From positions 67,518,001 through 67,582,000 of the forward strand of contig NC_043007.1 of the NCBI RefSeq assembly GCF_006345805.1: a stretch of DNA of 64,000 nucleotides, given 5' to 3'. The notes under the pieces were generated by a model. The model searched no databases, was not told the DNA's origin, and worked only from the letters and a program-made list of their open reading frames with translations. The DNA comes from Octopus sinensis. Lineage: Eukaryota. Shown here piece after piece: positions 52,580 through 64,000 of the stretch. The position numbers and the translations under genes were made by a program. How positions within the stretch are numbered: the stretch's first letter is position 1; each line of letters opens with the position of its first letter.

Positions 52580-53750
52580 ACTAGCTTCAAATTTTGGCAC
52601 AAGGCTAGGAATTTTGGGGGAGAGGAGTAAATCGATTTCATGGACCCTAGTATTCAACAGGTACTTATTTTATCAACCCTGAAAGAATGAAAGGCAAAGT
52701 CGACCTTGGCAGAACTTGGACTCAGAATGTGAAGATGGATGAAATGCTGCTAAGCATTTTGCCTGGTATGCTAATGATTCTGCCAGCTCGCTGCCTTGAC
52801 GACGATGACGACGACAATAATCCTTTCTATTGTAGGTACAAGGCCTGAAATTTGGGGAAAGGGATTAAGTTGATTACATCAACTCCAGTGTGTAACTGGT
52901 ATTTAATCGACCCTGAAAGGGTGAAAGTCAAAGTCAACCATGGCAGAATTTGAACTCAGAATGTAAGGACGGATGAAATGTCAAGAAGCATTTTGCCTGG
53001 TATCCTAACGACTCTGCCAGCTCGCTGCCTTGATGATGATAATAATAATAATGGTTTCAAATTTTGGCACAAGGCCAGCAAGTTCAGGGGAAGGGGATAA
53101 GTTGATTACATCGACCCCAGTGCTTGACTGGTATTTTGTTGACTTCAAAAGGATGAAAGGCAAAGTTTACCTCAGTGGAATTTGAACTCAGAATATGAAG
53201 ACAGAAGAAATACCTATTTCTTTACTGCCTACGAGGGGCTACACACAGAGGGGACAAACAAGGACAGACAAACGGATTAAGTCGATTATATCAACCCCAG
53301 TGCATAACTGGTACTTATTTAATTGACCCCGAAAGGATGAAAGGCAAAGTTGACCTCAGCGGAATTTGAACTCAGAACATAGCGGCAGATGAAATGCTGC
53401 TAAGCAATTTGCCTGGTGTGCTAATGTTTCTGCCAGCCCTCCACCTGACAGAAGAAATACCGTTAGGCAGTTCACCTGGTGTGCGAGTGGTTCTGCCAGC
53501 TAACCACCTTATTAATAATAATAATAATTCTTTTTAATTTTGGCACAAGCCAGCAACTCCAAAAAGCAGGGGCAAATTGATTACATAAACCTTAATACTT
53601 GACTGGTATTTCACTTTGTTGACCCTGGAGGGATAAAAAGCAAAAAGATGATCTCAGCAGGATTTGAACTTAGAATGTAAAGAGTCAGAAGAAATGTCAC
53701 TAAGCATTTTGCCCAATGCATTCATGATTCTGCTAGCTCACTACCTTAAT
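52580..53750 (-). mobile_element. Head-to-tail chain of four SINE copies plus one nested insertion
   Basis: Copies are separated only by (AAT)n/(GAT)n. The nested copy at 53214-53446 has the 14-bp TSD GACAGAAGAAATAC. Confidence 0.85.
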
Positions 53751-54377
53751 AACAATAATAATGTCTGTTTTTGTATAATTAGGACCACATTTTCCATATA
53801 ACTAGGATCACATTTTCTCAGCAAACCTAGTCAAGGTAACAGTTTGTCTAAAAAAAAACAACAGTATTTGGTTATGCAATGAATATCCCTTTTCCGCCCC
53901 TCCATACTACCAATCTTGTTGAAGAGACAGGCAAGGGCTAACACAGCTTGGCACCAGTGCAGAAGCTGGCAAATTTAGAATCAGTGATGATGTAATGATT
54001 CTCAGTATTTGAGTTCTTTCACACCTGCATCTGGTAGTGAATGCTTTCCTTGTCTAACACCATAGTTAGAGACTTCTTTACCTGACACATTCTACAAAGT
54101 ATTTTATTCAATAATGCAACAATTCTGCCAACCTTCCTGCAATGAACTGGTCTGTATTTTATTTTAGTCAACACAAAAGGCTAGAAAAGAAATAAAAATA
54201 CCCAGAAAATCAAAGAGAAAAAAAAAAAAAAGAAATCCTTGACTTTGGGGTGATTTGAAGTCAGAATGAGCATAAAGAACTGAAAAAAATACTGTAAGGC
54301 ATTTTGTCCAATGGTCTAACAATTTTGCCAGTCTCCTCTACTACATTCATAAAAACAAATATTTAAATATACATATA

Positions 54378-55251
54378 TAAGGTGGTATCAAAAAGTTCCT
54401 GGACTAGTTCTGTAATGCACCAACAGATGGCAGCACACAGTTGTGTGCACAATGAAAGCTAGCAGTGACATCACTCCGTTTACTTTGCAAGTTGTGAAAT
54501 TTGTGTTTTTGTGATTACATGTATGCAGTAGTCTGTGATTTTTGCCATGGACAGGAACAAAGAGCCAACGTGAAATTTTGTGTTAAAACTTGGGAAGTCT
54601 ACAACAGAGATTGAGCTTATTTCAGCAAGCTTATGGCAACGAGACAATGGGTTATGCAATATTTCGAGTGGCACGGATGTTTCAAAAGTGGAAGAACATT
54701 CCTGGAGGATGATTAGGGATCTAGAAGACCTGCCATAAGTGTCACTCTTGGAAACATGGTATTGTGCATCAAGAAATTGTCCCCCAGAGTCAGACTGTCA
54801 ACTGAGAGGTCTACTGCAATGTCTTGAAGTGTTTGGCGAAAGTGGTCAGATCTGTGGAGTGCGAAAAATTGGAGTCTTCAATATGACATTGCATCCTTTC
54901 ACTGTGCTCTCCTCACTTGTGAGTTTCTCACCGAAAACAACATGGTATCACTTCCGCACCTGCCCCATTTGCCAGATTTAGCACCTTGCAGACTTCCATC
55001 TCTTCTCCAAGATGAAAATGCAGCTCAAAGGTCGCATTTTTAGCACCATTGTCAAGATCCAGAGTGAATCACAGATGGTCCCTGACTCATGGAAAATGAC
55101 CTAGACACTAGATTTCAAAAGTGGCAGGCATGTTGGGACTGGTTTATTGCTGTACAATGTGACTATTTTGAAGGAAATTATATCAAGACTTAGGTAAACA
55201 AGCTATTTTTTATTAAATACAACTAGTCCAGGAATCTTTTGATACTACCTG
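54378..55251 (+). mobile_element. Internally deleted, decayed Tc1/mariner element
   Basis: TIRs AGGTGGTATCAAAAAGTTCCTGGACTAGTT and AACTAGTCCAGGAATCTTTTGATACTACCT. Transposase remnants EQRANVKFCVKLGKS, FEWHGCFKSGR and DFHLFSKMKMQLKGR. Confidence 0.9.
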
Positions 55252-55730
55252 CTCACAGATGTATCACCTGAGAATTAATAAACCTGTTCATAAAAGTATC
55301 ACTTGAGGATTAATTAGTACATGGTCATGTCTTCTCACAGAAATGTTACCTGTTCATAGAAGTATCACCTGAGGTTTAATTTTAGAAGATAGCTTAGTGT
55401 TCTCATAGAAATGTTATCTGAGTATTAATATACTCACAGAATTATCACTTGACAATTAATTTCTTACAGAAATATCACTTGAAGATTCGGATAGCTGTTT
55501 GCAGGAATATCTCCTGAAAATTTGTTAGTAAATAACTATACCTGCTTACAGAATTATTACCTGAGTATTTGTTAGTAGTTAACTATATTTGCTCACAAAA
55601 ATATTACCTGAAGATTCATATATATTCTTAGAGAAAACTGGTTGAGACCTCCTATACATTTTCAGTAGAGCATCACCTGAAAAATTTTTGATAAATAACT
55701 ATACCTGCTCACAGAAATTTATTGCCTGAT
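55252..55730. repeat. Degenerate tandem array of a CTCACAGAAATATCACCTGA motif
   Basis: More than 10 variable-spaced occurrences of CACAG/CATAG...ATCACCTGA/TTACCTG. Confidence 0.75.
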
Positions 55731-56351
55731 GAGTTATTAGACAACTAAACTTAAAATTAAACTAAATGTTAAAATTATACAGGAAAGGTCTTGATTTGGG
55801 ATATGTTTGTATGTTGTGTAGTGAAGAAAGAGGATGTGATGTTTTAGGATAGAGAGAGGAAAGAGAGAGGGATAAAGCGAGAATAATCATAGCTATTTTT
55901 ATTATTAAGATAGCATGCTTGGTAGAATTGTTAGTGCATTGGACAAAATGCTTGGTGGCATTTCTTCTGATTCTTCATGTTCTGAGTTCAAATTCCACTG
56001 AGGTCGATTTTGCCTTTCATCCTTTCGTGCTAGATAAAATAAACACCAATTGAGCACTGGGGTTGATGTAATCATCTAGCCCCCTTCCCCCAGAAGTTCT
56101 GGCCTTGTGCCTATAATAAAAAGGATTATTATAATTAAGGTGGTGAGTTGGCAAAATTGTTAGTATGTTACAAAATCTGAAGTGGCATCTCTTCTGGATC
56201 TTTAACTTCTGAGTTCAAACCCCACTGAAGTCAACTTTACTTCATCCTCTTGGGGGTTGTTAAATACAGTACCAGTCAAGTAACTGGGTCAATGTAATCA
56301 ACAATATCCCTCCCACTAAATTTTGCTGGTCTTGCATCAAAATTTGAACCC

Positions 56352-56386
<35 letters not shown>

Positions 56387-57115
56387 TATTATTATTATTA
56401 TCATCATCATTATTACTTCATTCCATTTTATGTTTATTTGTATGATATCAGAGTAGACATGTTTGTAAATAAATGAATGTTAAGTTACAAACTTAGTCAA
56501 AGATACATTGTTTCAGTACATCAGTAAACAAATATTATAGAGTATTGTATATCATACATTATATATATCGCACATGACCATGTGACTGACCAGACTGTCA
56601 GATGTTGTTATACATCATTGATCACAATGTGCTTTTGCATTGTTTTAGCCTCCATATGATGCCACCCTGCTGGCCAGGTGAGCCAGCCAACATTTCCCTG
56701 ATCAAAGAGGAGCTTGAGTAATGTGAAATGAAGTGTTTTGCTCAAGAACACAATGCACCACCCAGTCAGGGAATCGAACCCACGAGCTACAGATCGTGAG
56801 TGCAACAGCCTAACCACTATATATAAGACAAGGGATAGAAATGGAAGATGGAATACATGGGAAATTTTATTGCTCACAACGATTGTTTTGACACATCTTG
56901 CATCGATCCCTCATGGGTGGAAAACTATACAACTAGTTGTGGTGCATCCCTTGGTGCAGAAGCAATTACACAATTGTATAATTACTATGGATAATGCCAG
57001 GTAGCCATATGCAGTGAACATGCTTTATTGGCGTACTACTAGGAACATACCCAACACTTAAATATTGACACACACACACACACATATCTATCTATATATA
57101 TATATATATATATAT

Positions 57116-57320
57116 AACGTTATTGGTGAATTGAAGAAATGGAGCTGAACGCAGATTGAACAGAAATCGTTTTATTTCATTCTACACGTGTTTCGAAAGG
57201 CACAAATTACCAAAATCCGATTTTGGTAATTTGTGCCTTTCGAAACACGTGTAGAATGAAATAAAACGATTTCTGTTCAATCTGCGTTCAGCTCCATTTC
57301 TTCAATTCACCAATAACGTT
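57116..57320. repeat. Perfect 205-bp palindrome (102-bp arms, 1-nt spacer)
   Basis: Arms 57116-57217 and 57219-57320 are identical by reverse complement; contains GAAACACGTGTA. Confidence 0.97.
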
Positions 57321-57472
57321 TTAATTTCAATTATCCGCACCAATGCACGGTTGCAACGCCAGATGGTTGTACCTCCAACCGTGCTGTTTACTGCTGTGAT
57401 TTTTGCTACTAAGGTATCGGTTAAACTTTTGATTAATCTACTACAAGATTATTCATCTTTCTATTTCACATA

Positions 57473-57504
<32 letters not shown>

Positions 57505-58143
57505 GTATGTATATGTATATATTTATAATATATTTTTACAAACTACTCACTATGTTGGACTGCTGAACTCTACACATTTGTTTTCATTTTCACTCTATTT
57601 CTTCTTATTCCTTTTTGTCAAAGAGCATAGGCTCGAAATGTAAAAACTTTTCCATTTTTCCTTGGCATCAAACTAATATACTTGCTTGTTGTTCCTACAT
57701 CTGTCTTTGTCTTTTGTTTTTCTAGAAATTTGAACTATATATATATGCACACACACACACATATTGGCAAAAATACCTTGAGGTATTTGTTTTGACTTGG
57801 CACATTTTGAGTTCAAATCCTTTCATCCTTTTGATGCCAATAAACTATAGTACCAGTCAAAACTGAGGTCAACAGAATCGACTAACCTTCCCTCTACTCA
57901 AAATTGTGCCAAAATCAGAAGCCATTATATATGAACTGTACTGTAGTATTTATATATCTATGTTGCCCTCAGTGCCAAATTTATAGGGGGGGGGGTGCGT
58001 GCGCGCATGTATTAGATACCTTTACATCACGATGCAAAGGCATCTAATAAAATATATAAAAAACTTACATCATAACATCCTTGCATAGGTTCTTTAGCTT
58101 GTTTTAACCAAGCACAGCTAAGGCCAAGCTGGAGCACTATCAT

Positions 58144-58186
<43 letters not shown>

Positions 58187-58918
58187 CATACATACATACC
58201 ATTAAAACTATGAGAAAACATTGGCTTTCACATCATAACATTTTCGTGCATGTTCTTTAGCTTGTTTTAGCAAGTACAGCCAAGGCCATGCTATAGCACT
58301 GCTGCCTATATGGACACCATTAAAACTGTGAGAAAACAGTGGCTGTGTTACTGAATGGAACTTTTTTTTTTAAATGGCAAAGAATGAAGAAATGGGTAAT
58401 TATGCTAACTTTTATAAAAATTGAAACGGAAAAGGGAAGAGAAAATGCTGAAGTAAATGTGATCTATATTTATTATTATTACATTTCCCCTTCTCTCCAT
58501 TCTATAATTGCTTCCAGGGGATATAGTTGGTACTGTACCTTGGCAACATACAGTGAGAGGGGTGTCAAAGTAATAAAGAAGTTGGTGGGATAAGATCCGA
58601 GGATGAAGTAGAACCTACAGGAAGCAGAGGGATCAGGTTAGTTGTTGGAAAGGGATGCCAAAAATAAATTTACAAAACAAACAAATTAAATATAGCCTGA
58701 AGAAAAAGGATTAGTGAAAAAATAGTGGGGTTAGTAATTAATAAAAAATAAGATAGGAAACAAAAAATGGAACACAAAAAGATTAATGATGAAGTTTGTA
58801 GATATGGTCATGGTGGTGGAATTGATAAATCCAGACAAACAGAGAAGATAAATAAAATGAAACTTTGGAAATGAAAAATTATTATTTTAATTGTTTTATG
58901 ACAAAAGCGCACAGAAAC

Positions 58919-58956
<38 letters not shown>

Positions 58957-58957
<1 letters not shown>

Positions 58958-59479
58958 TCATCGTTTAACGTCCGTTTTCCATGCTAGCATGGGTTGGACG
59001 GTTCGACTGGGGTCTGGGAAGCCAGGAGGCTGCACCAGGCTCCGGTCTGATCTGGCAGTATTTCTACAGCTGGATGCCCTTCCTAACGCCAACTGCTCCG
59101 TGAGTGTAGTGGGTGCTTTTTATGTGCCACCAGCACAGGTGCCAGGGGAGGCTGGCAACGGCCACGATCGGTTGGTGCTTTTTATGTGCCATTGGCATGG
59201 AAGCCAGTCAAGGCAGCACTGGCATCGGCCACGTACGGATGGTGCATTTTACGTGCCACTGGCACAGGTATCACAACTACAATTTTCATTTGATTTTTTG
59301 ATGTTGATGTACTTGACTCAATAGGTCTCCTCAAGCACAGCAGGTCGCCCTACAATCCAAGGTAAGCACAGCAAGCCATCCTGCGATTCAAGGCACTTTG
59401 GATGGGCTAGGGCTTCTATGTGAAGCTAGTGCAGGAAACAGCCATAAACTCATGTTATTTATTGGGTCTTCGCAGTCAC

Positions 59480-59480
<1 letters not shown>
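58957..59480 (-). mobile_element. RTE-type LINE 3' end with (GAT)n tail
   Basis: TCATCATCGTTTAACGTCCG tail and repeated GGTGCTTTTTATGTGCCA units. Confidence 0.7.
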
Positions 59481-59510
<30 letters not shown>

Positions 59511-59930
59511 TAAATATATATATATATATATATTCGAAGGTTATAATGGACACAGGTTTGTGTGTCACATAGCTAGCTAGAGGTGATGGCCTCTTGGAGC
59601 TAATCAACGGCAGCATTCATCCTATTTATCTGGAGTGCCATGTTAGCTTGGCGATAACTGCTAATATCCAGTACCGCTGCTGTAGTCTCCTTTAGAGAGA
59701 ATTAGAAATAATGATATTTCTATTTTTGAAAACCAGTGGATGTATTCCATTGAATTTAGGTAAATAATCCTTCGAATAGTCAGTCAACAGTGACATCTGC
59801 TAGTTGGAGATGCCTATCTAGTCCTTGTAAACATATAAGAATTCTAGTGAAATAAATCCACTGATTACAAAAATAGAAATATTACATTTCTATATAGATA
59901 GGCATCTCCAACTAGCAAGCCATGCTACTC

Positions 59931-59969
59931 CAGACTGATGATGAGCAAAGACTCAGAAACTAGTCTCTG
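59931..59969 (+). ncRNA. Minimal type I hammerhead ribozyme with GUC cleavage triplet
   Basis: CAGA-CUGAUGA-UGAG(CAAAGA)CUCA-GAAAC-UA-GUC^-UCUG. Helix III region ACUAGU is a perfect palindrome. Confidence 0.88.
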
Positions 59970-60159
59970 ACTGCATGCTTAGCTGGGTGGAGGTGCTTAT
60001 CTCCCCCTTGTAAACATAAGGACACAGGAAATGTGTCAAGGTCGACAGGAAGCATTGCTGCTTCCTCGGGTTAAATAGCAGTAGTGTGATTCCCTTAATG
60101 GGACTGTCACATTTAGTTGACAGTATACAACTACTATATATGTATGTATATATATATAT

Positions 60160-60413
60160 ACACATACATATATATATATACATACACGTATATATATATA
60201 TATACATACACGTATATATATATATATATACATACACGTATATATATACATACACGTATATATATACATACACGTATATATACATACATACACGTATATA
60301 TACATACATACACGTATATATACATACATACACGTATATATACATACATACACGTATATATACATACATACACGTATATATACATACATACACGTATATA
60401 TACATACATACAC

Positions 60414-60420
<7 letters not shown>
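60160..60420. repeat. Minisatellite, 20-bp unit TACATACATACACGTATATA
   Basis: About 7 perfect units at 60281-60420 plus variants. Confidence 0.95.
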
Positions 60421-60452
<32 letters not shown>

Positions 60453-60829
60453 TATATACACATATACACTCACACACACACATATATATACACACATACA
60501 TAAGTATACATCTGAGACGTCCTTCAGTGACGACACAGACCATGGGATTGCACCTAGAGAGTTACCCTCCCAGGCACAAGTCTGAGCAAGGTTGTTTATG
60601 GATGATGAGCAGTCACCCATGCATACCGGCATCCTCTCTCCACACCACTAGTGTTATCCAAAGGAAAGGCAAACGCCGATACAGCTTGGCACCTGTGATG
60701 TTGCAACTCATTTCTACAACTAAGTGAACTGGAGCAACGTGAAATAAAGTGTCTTGCTCAAGAACACAACACGCAGTCTGGTCCGGGATTCGAGCTCACA
60801 TATACATATACGCAAATATATATATATAT

Positions 60830-60975
60830 ATATATATATACATAAATATACACACATATATACATAAATATACACACATATATAAATAAATATATATATA
60901 TATATATACATAAATATACACACATATATACATAAATATACACACATATATACATAAATATACACACATATATAC

Positions 60976-61006
<31 letters not shown>

Positions 61007-61052
61007 CATGAATATATATATACATGAATATATATATACATGAATATATATA
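60830..61052. repeat. Minisatellite, ~22-bp unit TACATAAATATACACACATATA, mixed with (TA)n
   Basis: Directly visible. Confidence 0.9.
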
Positions 61053-61080
61053 AACAAACTTCGGTTGTAGAGCAAACAAC

Positions 61081-61925
61081 AAATTTAAGGTCATCCACTT
61101 AACATATCACATCTTGTTATTCCTCTTCAAATCATGTATATGGGATGCAAGTCTGGTTGAATTACAGTACTTATCCTTAGAAAACGAGCTCATATGGGAT
61201 CTATATCTAGCTTTAAAATCTACTGTACTACCTATATAAAATGTATTTAATTTACCCTAGTCCTTAACTACACATTTATATACGACATTAGTAACCAGAC
61301 AGGAACCATCCAAGGGACATAATTCGAGATTTCTACAATTACATTTCTTCCCAGGGCCTTTCCTAGTTTTATTTTTACTTTTACTTTTTGCATCATCAGT
61401 TCTCGCCAGGTTTCCTTCTTTCATTCCGTCAGATCCTCCCTTTTTACTCGGGTTCGATAAACCCGGTGAAAGCAAACTGCTTGTACCACTGGCATTGGGT
61501 GTTACAAAATTATTATTCACAGATCTGGGGTTACCCTCAGAGGAACGTTCCCAAGTCCCCTACCCAGCAAGTTTGCTTCTATTAATAGATGCAATAATCA
61601 AGGCAAAATTAGGCATTACAGAGTAGGAGAACTTGATAGTTGACTTGTTACAAATACTATAGTATTTGTGATTCCTTGGAAAGTTCTTCAAAATTCTAAA
61701 AAGCATTTTTGGTAAGTTCCTTACTGTAAGGGAAAAAGGGGCAGTGAACCAAATTACTTCCCTAATTCTAGACTGTGAACCCCCTGTTTTGTTTATCTCC
61801 TTGCTAATACTGCTACTTTTCCTATACCTGTACCTATTCCCAACATCTCTAAATGCGATTCCACTCCGAGGCCTCTTATTATTGCAGTCATGTGGTACTC
61901 TGCGTTTATTCTGAGCATCCATGAT
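61081..61925 (-). mobile_element. Penelope-like element fragment: RT C-terminal linker, Cys motif and GIY-YIG endonuclease (pseudogenised)
   Basis: Minus-strand translations VIWFTAPFS...NFPRNHKYYSICNKSTIKFSYSVMPN, KCNCRNLELCPLDGSCLVTNVVYKC and FYIGSTVDFKARYRSHMSSF...STRLASHIHDLK, with stops and frameshifts. Confidence 0.9.
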
Positions 61926-63470
61926 GTGTTAAAGTAGCAAACCAACCATTTTGTTTTTGAATCTTGTATTAGGGTTATATGATATTTTAGCTTTGAATCC
62001 ACTTAAATTTATATAGTAATATATGCCACAAATATTGTGTGAAGCAGGTAGGTAATTTGATAATGAGTTCAACATGTATATATATAAATAATATATTAAA
62101 CATGTAGGTAGGTAGGTAGGCAGATAGATATATTGGATATAGAGGTAGTCAAATATGTTGAACATGCAGGTAGATAAACGTGTCGAACATGTAGGTGGTT
62201 GAATGTGTAAGTATGTAAATCATGTGTTGAACATGTAGGTATGTATTTAATATGTAGATCAATAAACCATTTCTAGGTAACATACTAAATAACATGTAAC
62301 ATTCAAACATGTATAACTATATGACGAGCTGTGCACGTAGACTAAGGAAATGTTAGGAGAGGAAGATCTATGAAAGGATGTATCCATCCTCTGCACTCAA
62401 TACTAAACTATTTTAGAGGGGAGGTAAAAGAACAAACAAAAATATAAAAAGATGTAAATAACATAAAACAAACATACAAAAATTCTACAAAACTCATGAT
62501 AATAATGGGAAAATTAATTTATCTAAATTTCATGCAGAAAGTAGTAAATATAATTAATTTAACTCAACAAGTTAGGTTTTGTCAAAGATTAAAAAAAAAA
62601 ATTCTACATTAGATTGTGCACATAACACGGAAAGTGCATGTTGATCATACAATATTGCTATTTTCATGGAGTTTTTCTAATTGGATAAGATCAATATGAG
62701 TGTGAAGAGAACTGCACTAAGAGTGAAGAAGTATTACTAGGTACTTCACAAGGTACCTGAGACATGTTACTGGTCCATTGTTACTGAACGATAGAGCACT
62801 TTGTGTGGAATATCCAGAGAAGGGTGCTGTTGAAGCAATGCCTGAGATTCTTCAGAAGAAGATGTTGGTAGCTGAGTTGTAGCTACAAGAGATAGTCACA
62901 GTTATAAACAAGGCTTCTCTCATTCAGAAAAGCAAGCATTACATACACACAGCAAGCTCACACAAAACACACAGATATACACATGTACATACATTCACAC
63001 ATATAAACAGGATGAAATAAAAAGAAATTTATTTTAGTCAATAGGTTAGGTAAAGATCCTTCAAAATTAATTAAGCATGAAAATACAATTGCCTTAAAAT
63101 CTATGAGTCAGAAACATACACTGGTTAACAGAGTGGGTACATTATTATTATTAATAATAAAACACAATGTTATGTTTTCAAAACCGCCAGTTTACCAATC
63201 AGTTTCATATAAGGAGTTGAGAAGCAACTCTGGCAATGAGACAGATTGAAAAGAATGGGATGGCATGGACTTTTGCAGATGATTGCTGGTATGAAACGAA
63301 TTGCTAAATTGGCTGTTATGAGAATATATTAAATTTTATTAATAGTAATAATATATATAATGTATGTATAGTGTTGAAAAACCATAATTCCTTGTCCAAA
63401 TCAGCTTTAAATGCTTATTTGATGAGTTACCAAATAATTATCACTGCACTGTTTATAAGCATTCATAAAC

Positions 63471-63550
63471 CTTTGTATTGTTCAAAAGTTCACTTTTGTC
63501 TGATAATTGGTTATATGAAACTCTGAGTAACAGCTTGTGAAATTCTTCTG
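63471..63550 (-). CDS. Weak candidate exon ((A)EEFHKLLLRVSYNQLSDKSELLNNTK)
   Basis: ctattctattgcag| acceptor; weak donor AAG|gtttat, phase-compatible with 47678. It could instead read through to VYECL*. Confidence 0.25.
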
Positions 63551-64000
63551 CTGCAATAGAATAGTGTATTTTACTCTCTACTTTTGTTATTTGAATAATA
63601 TTTTCCACACCAATAGTTGCCCCTATGTGCTCACTTGTGTGTGTGTCTACACACACATAGACAGACAGACAGACAGACAGAATTCAGGAGTGGAATTTAC
63701 CAAGAAATATTATTATTTTCCATCTGACTGATGGTGGCCTGTCCCTATGTCTCTTTAAGTCTCTTGCAGGATTGAAAAAGATTTCTATTAAAGGTTTTCA
63801 CCTTAATGAAGGACCCAGTATTATACCTTACTGAAAGCCATCAGAAGAGCACTTTTCTCTTCCCTCAATTCTTCATTCATTGTGATATTTTCCAAAAAAC
63901 ATTTGGAGGGTATAGAATACAGTTAGTTAAGACAAGAAAGAATAGCTTACATAATATTGCAATAGAATAACATGGTAATGGGAATTTTATTGTCATTTCA

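Noticed and set aside
55726-55752. CTGATGA-GTT...AAC-TAAAC as a hammerhead
   Set aside because: It lacks G12 (TAAAC), helix I and a cleavage triplet. Other CTGANGA hits (35.07, 43.72, 44.15, 48.29 and 61.39 kb) also fail.
57590-57650. GAGC-ATAG-GCTC-GAAATGTA hairpin (also about 16670-16700, minus) as a hammerhead
   Set aside because: The core reads TTGTCAA rather than CUGANGA; too decayed to support, though it may be a relic.
59953-61098. Overlapping 100-213-aa YI/HT-rich ORFs
   Set aside because: These are stop-free translations of TA/CA mini- and microsatellites.

Overview
AT-rich eukaryotic genomic DNA dense in SINEs, MITEs and microsatellites. The repeat families look like octopus (coleoid cephalopod); this is inferred from repeat recognition, not a database search. 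One complete gene is confidently read: LSM8 (+ strand, 4 coding exons, 11651-17443, 96 aa). Its intron 1 is a U12-type (minor spliceosome) GT-AG intron. There is weaker evidence for the 5' end of a minus-strand gene near 2.8-3.1 kb and for the 3' end of an unidentified minus-strand gene (terminal exon 39294-39472, candidate upstream exons at 47.6 kb and 63.5 kb). The most unusual signal is a set of Penelope-like element (PLE) derivatives carrying minimal type I hammerhead ribozymes (HHR). These are an intact HHR at 59931-59969, a 216-bp palindrome with an intact HHR in each arm (42596-42811), a perfect 205-bp palindrome with half an HHR (57116-57320), a GIY-YIG remnant between inverted HHR-bearing pseudo-LTRs (9996-10750), further decayed relics, and a PLE linker/GIY-YIG fragment at about 61.1-61.9 kb. 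Also present are a deleted mariner, a non-autonomous Helitron, piggyBac-type MITEs, a MITE with a 6-bp TSD, LINE fragments, SINE chains and minisatellites. Almost all ORFs in the supplied track are low-complexity or repeat artefacts.
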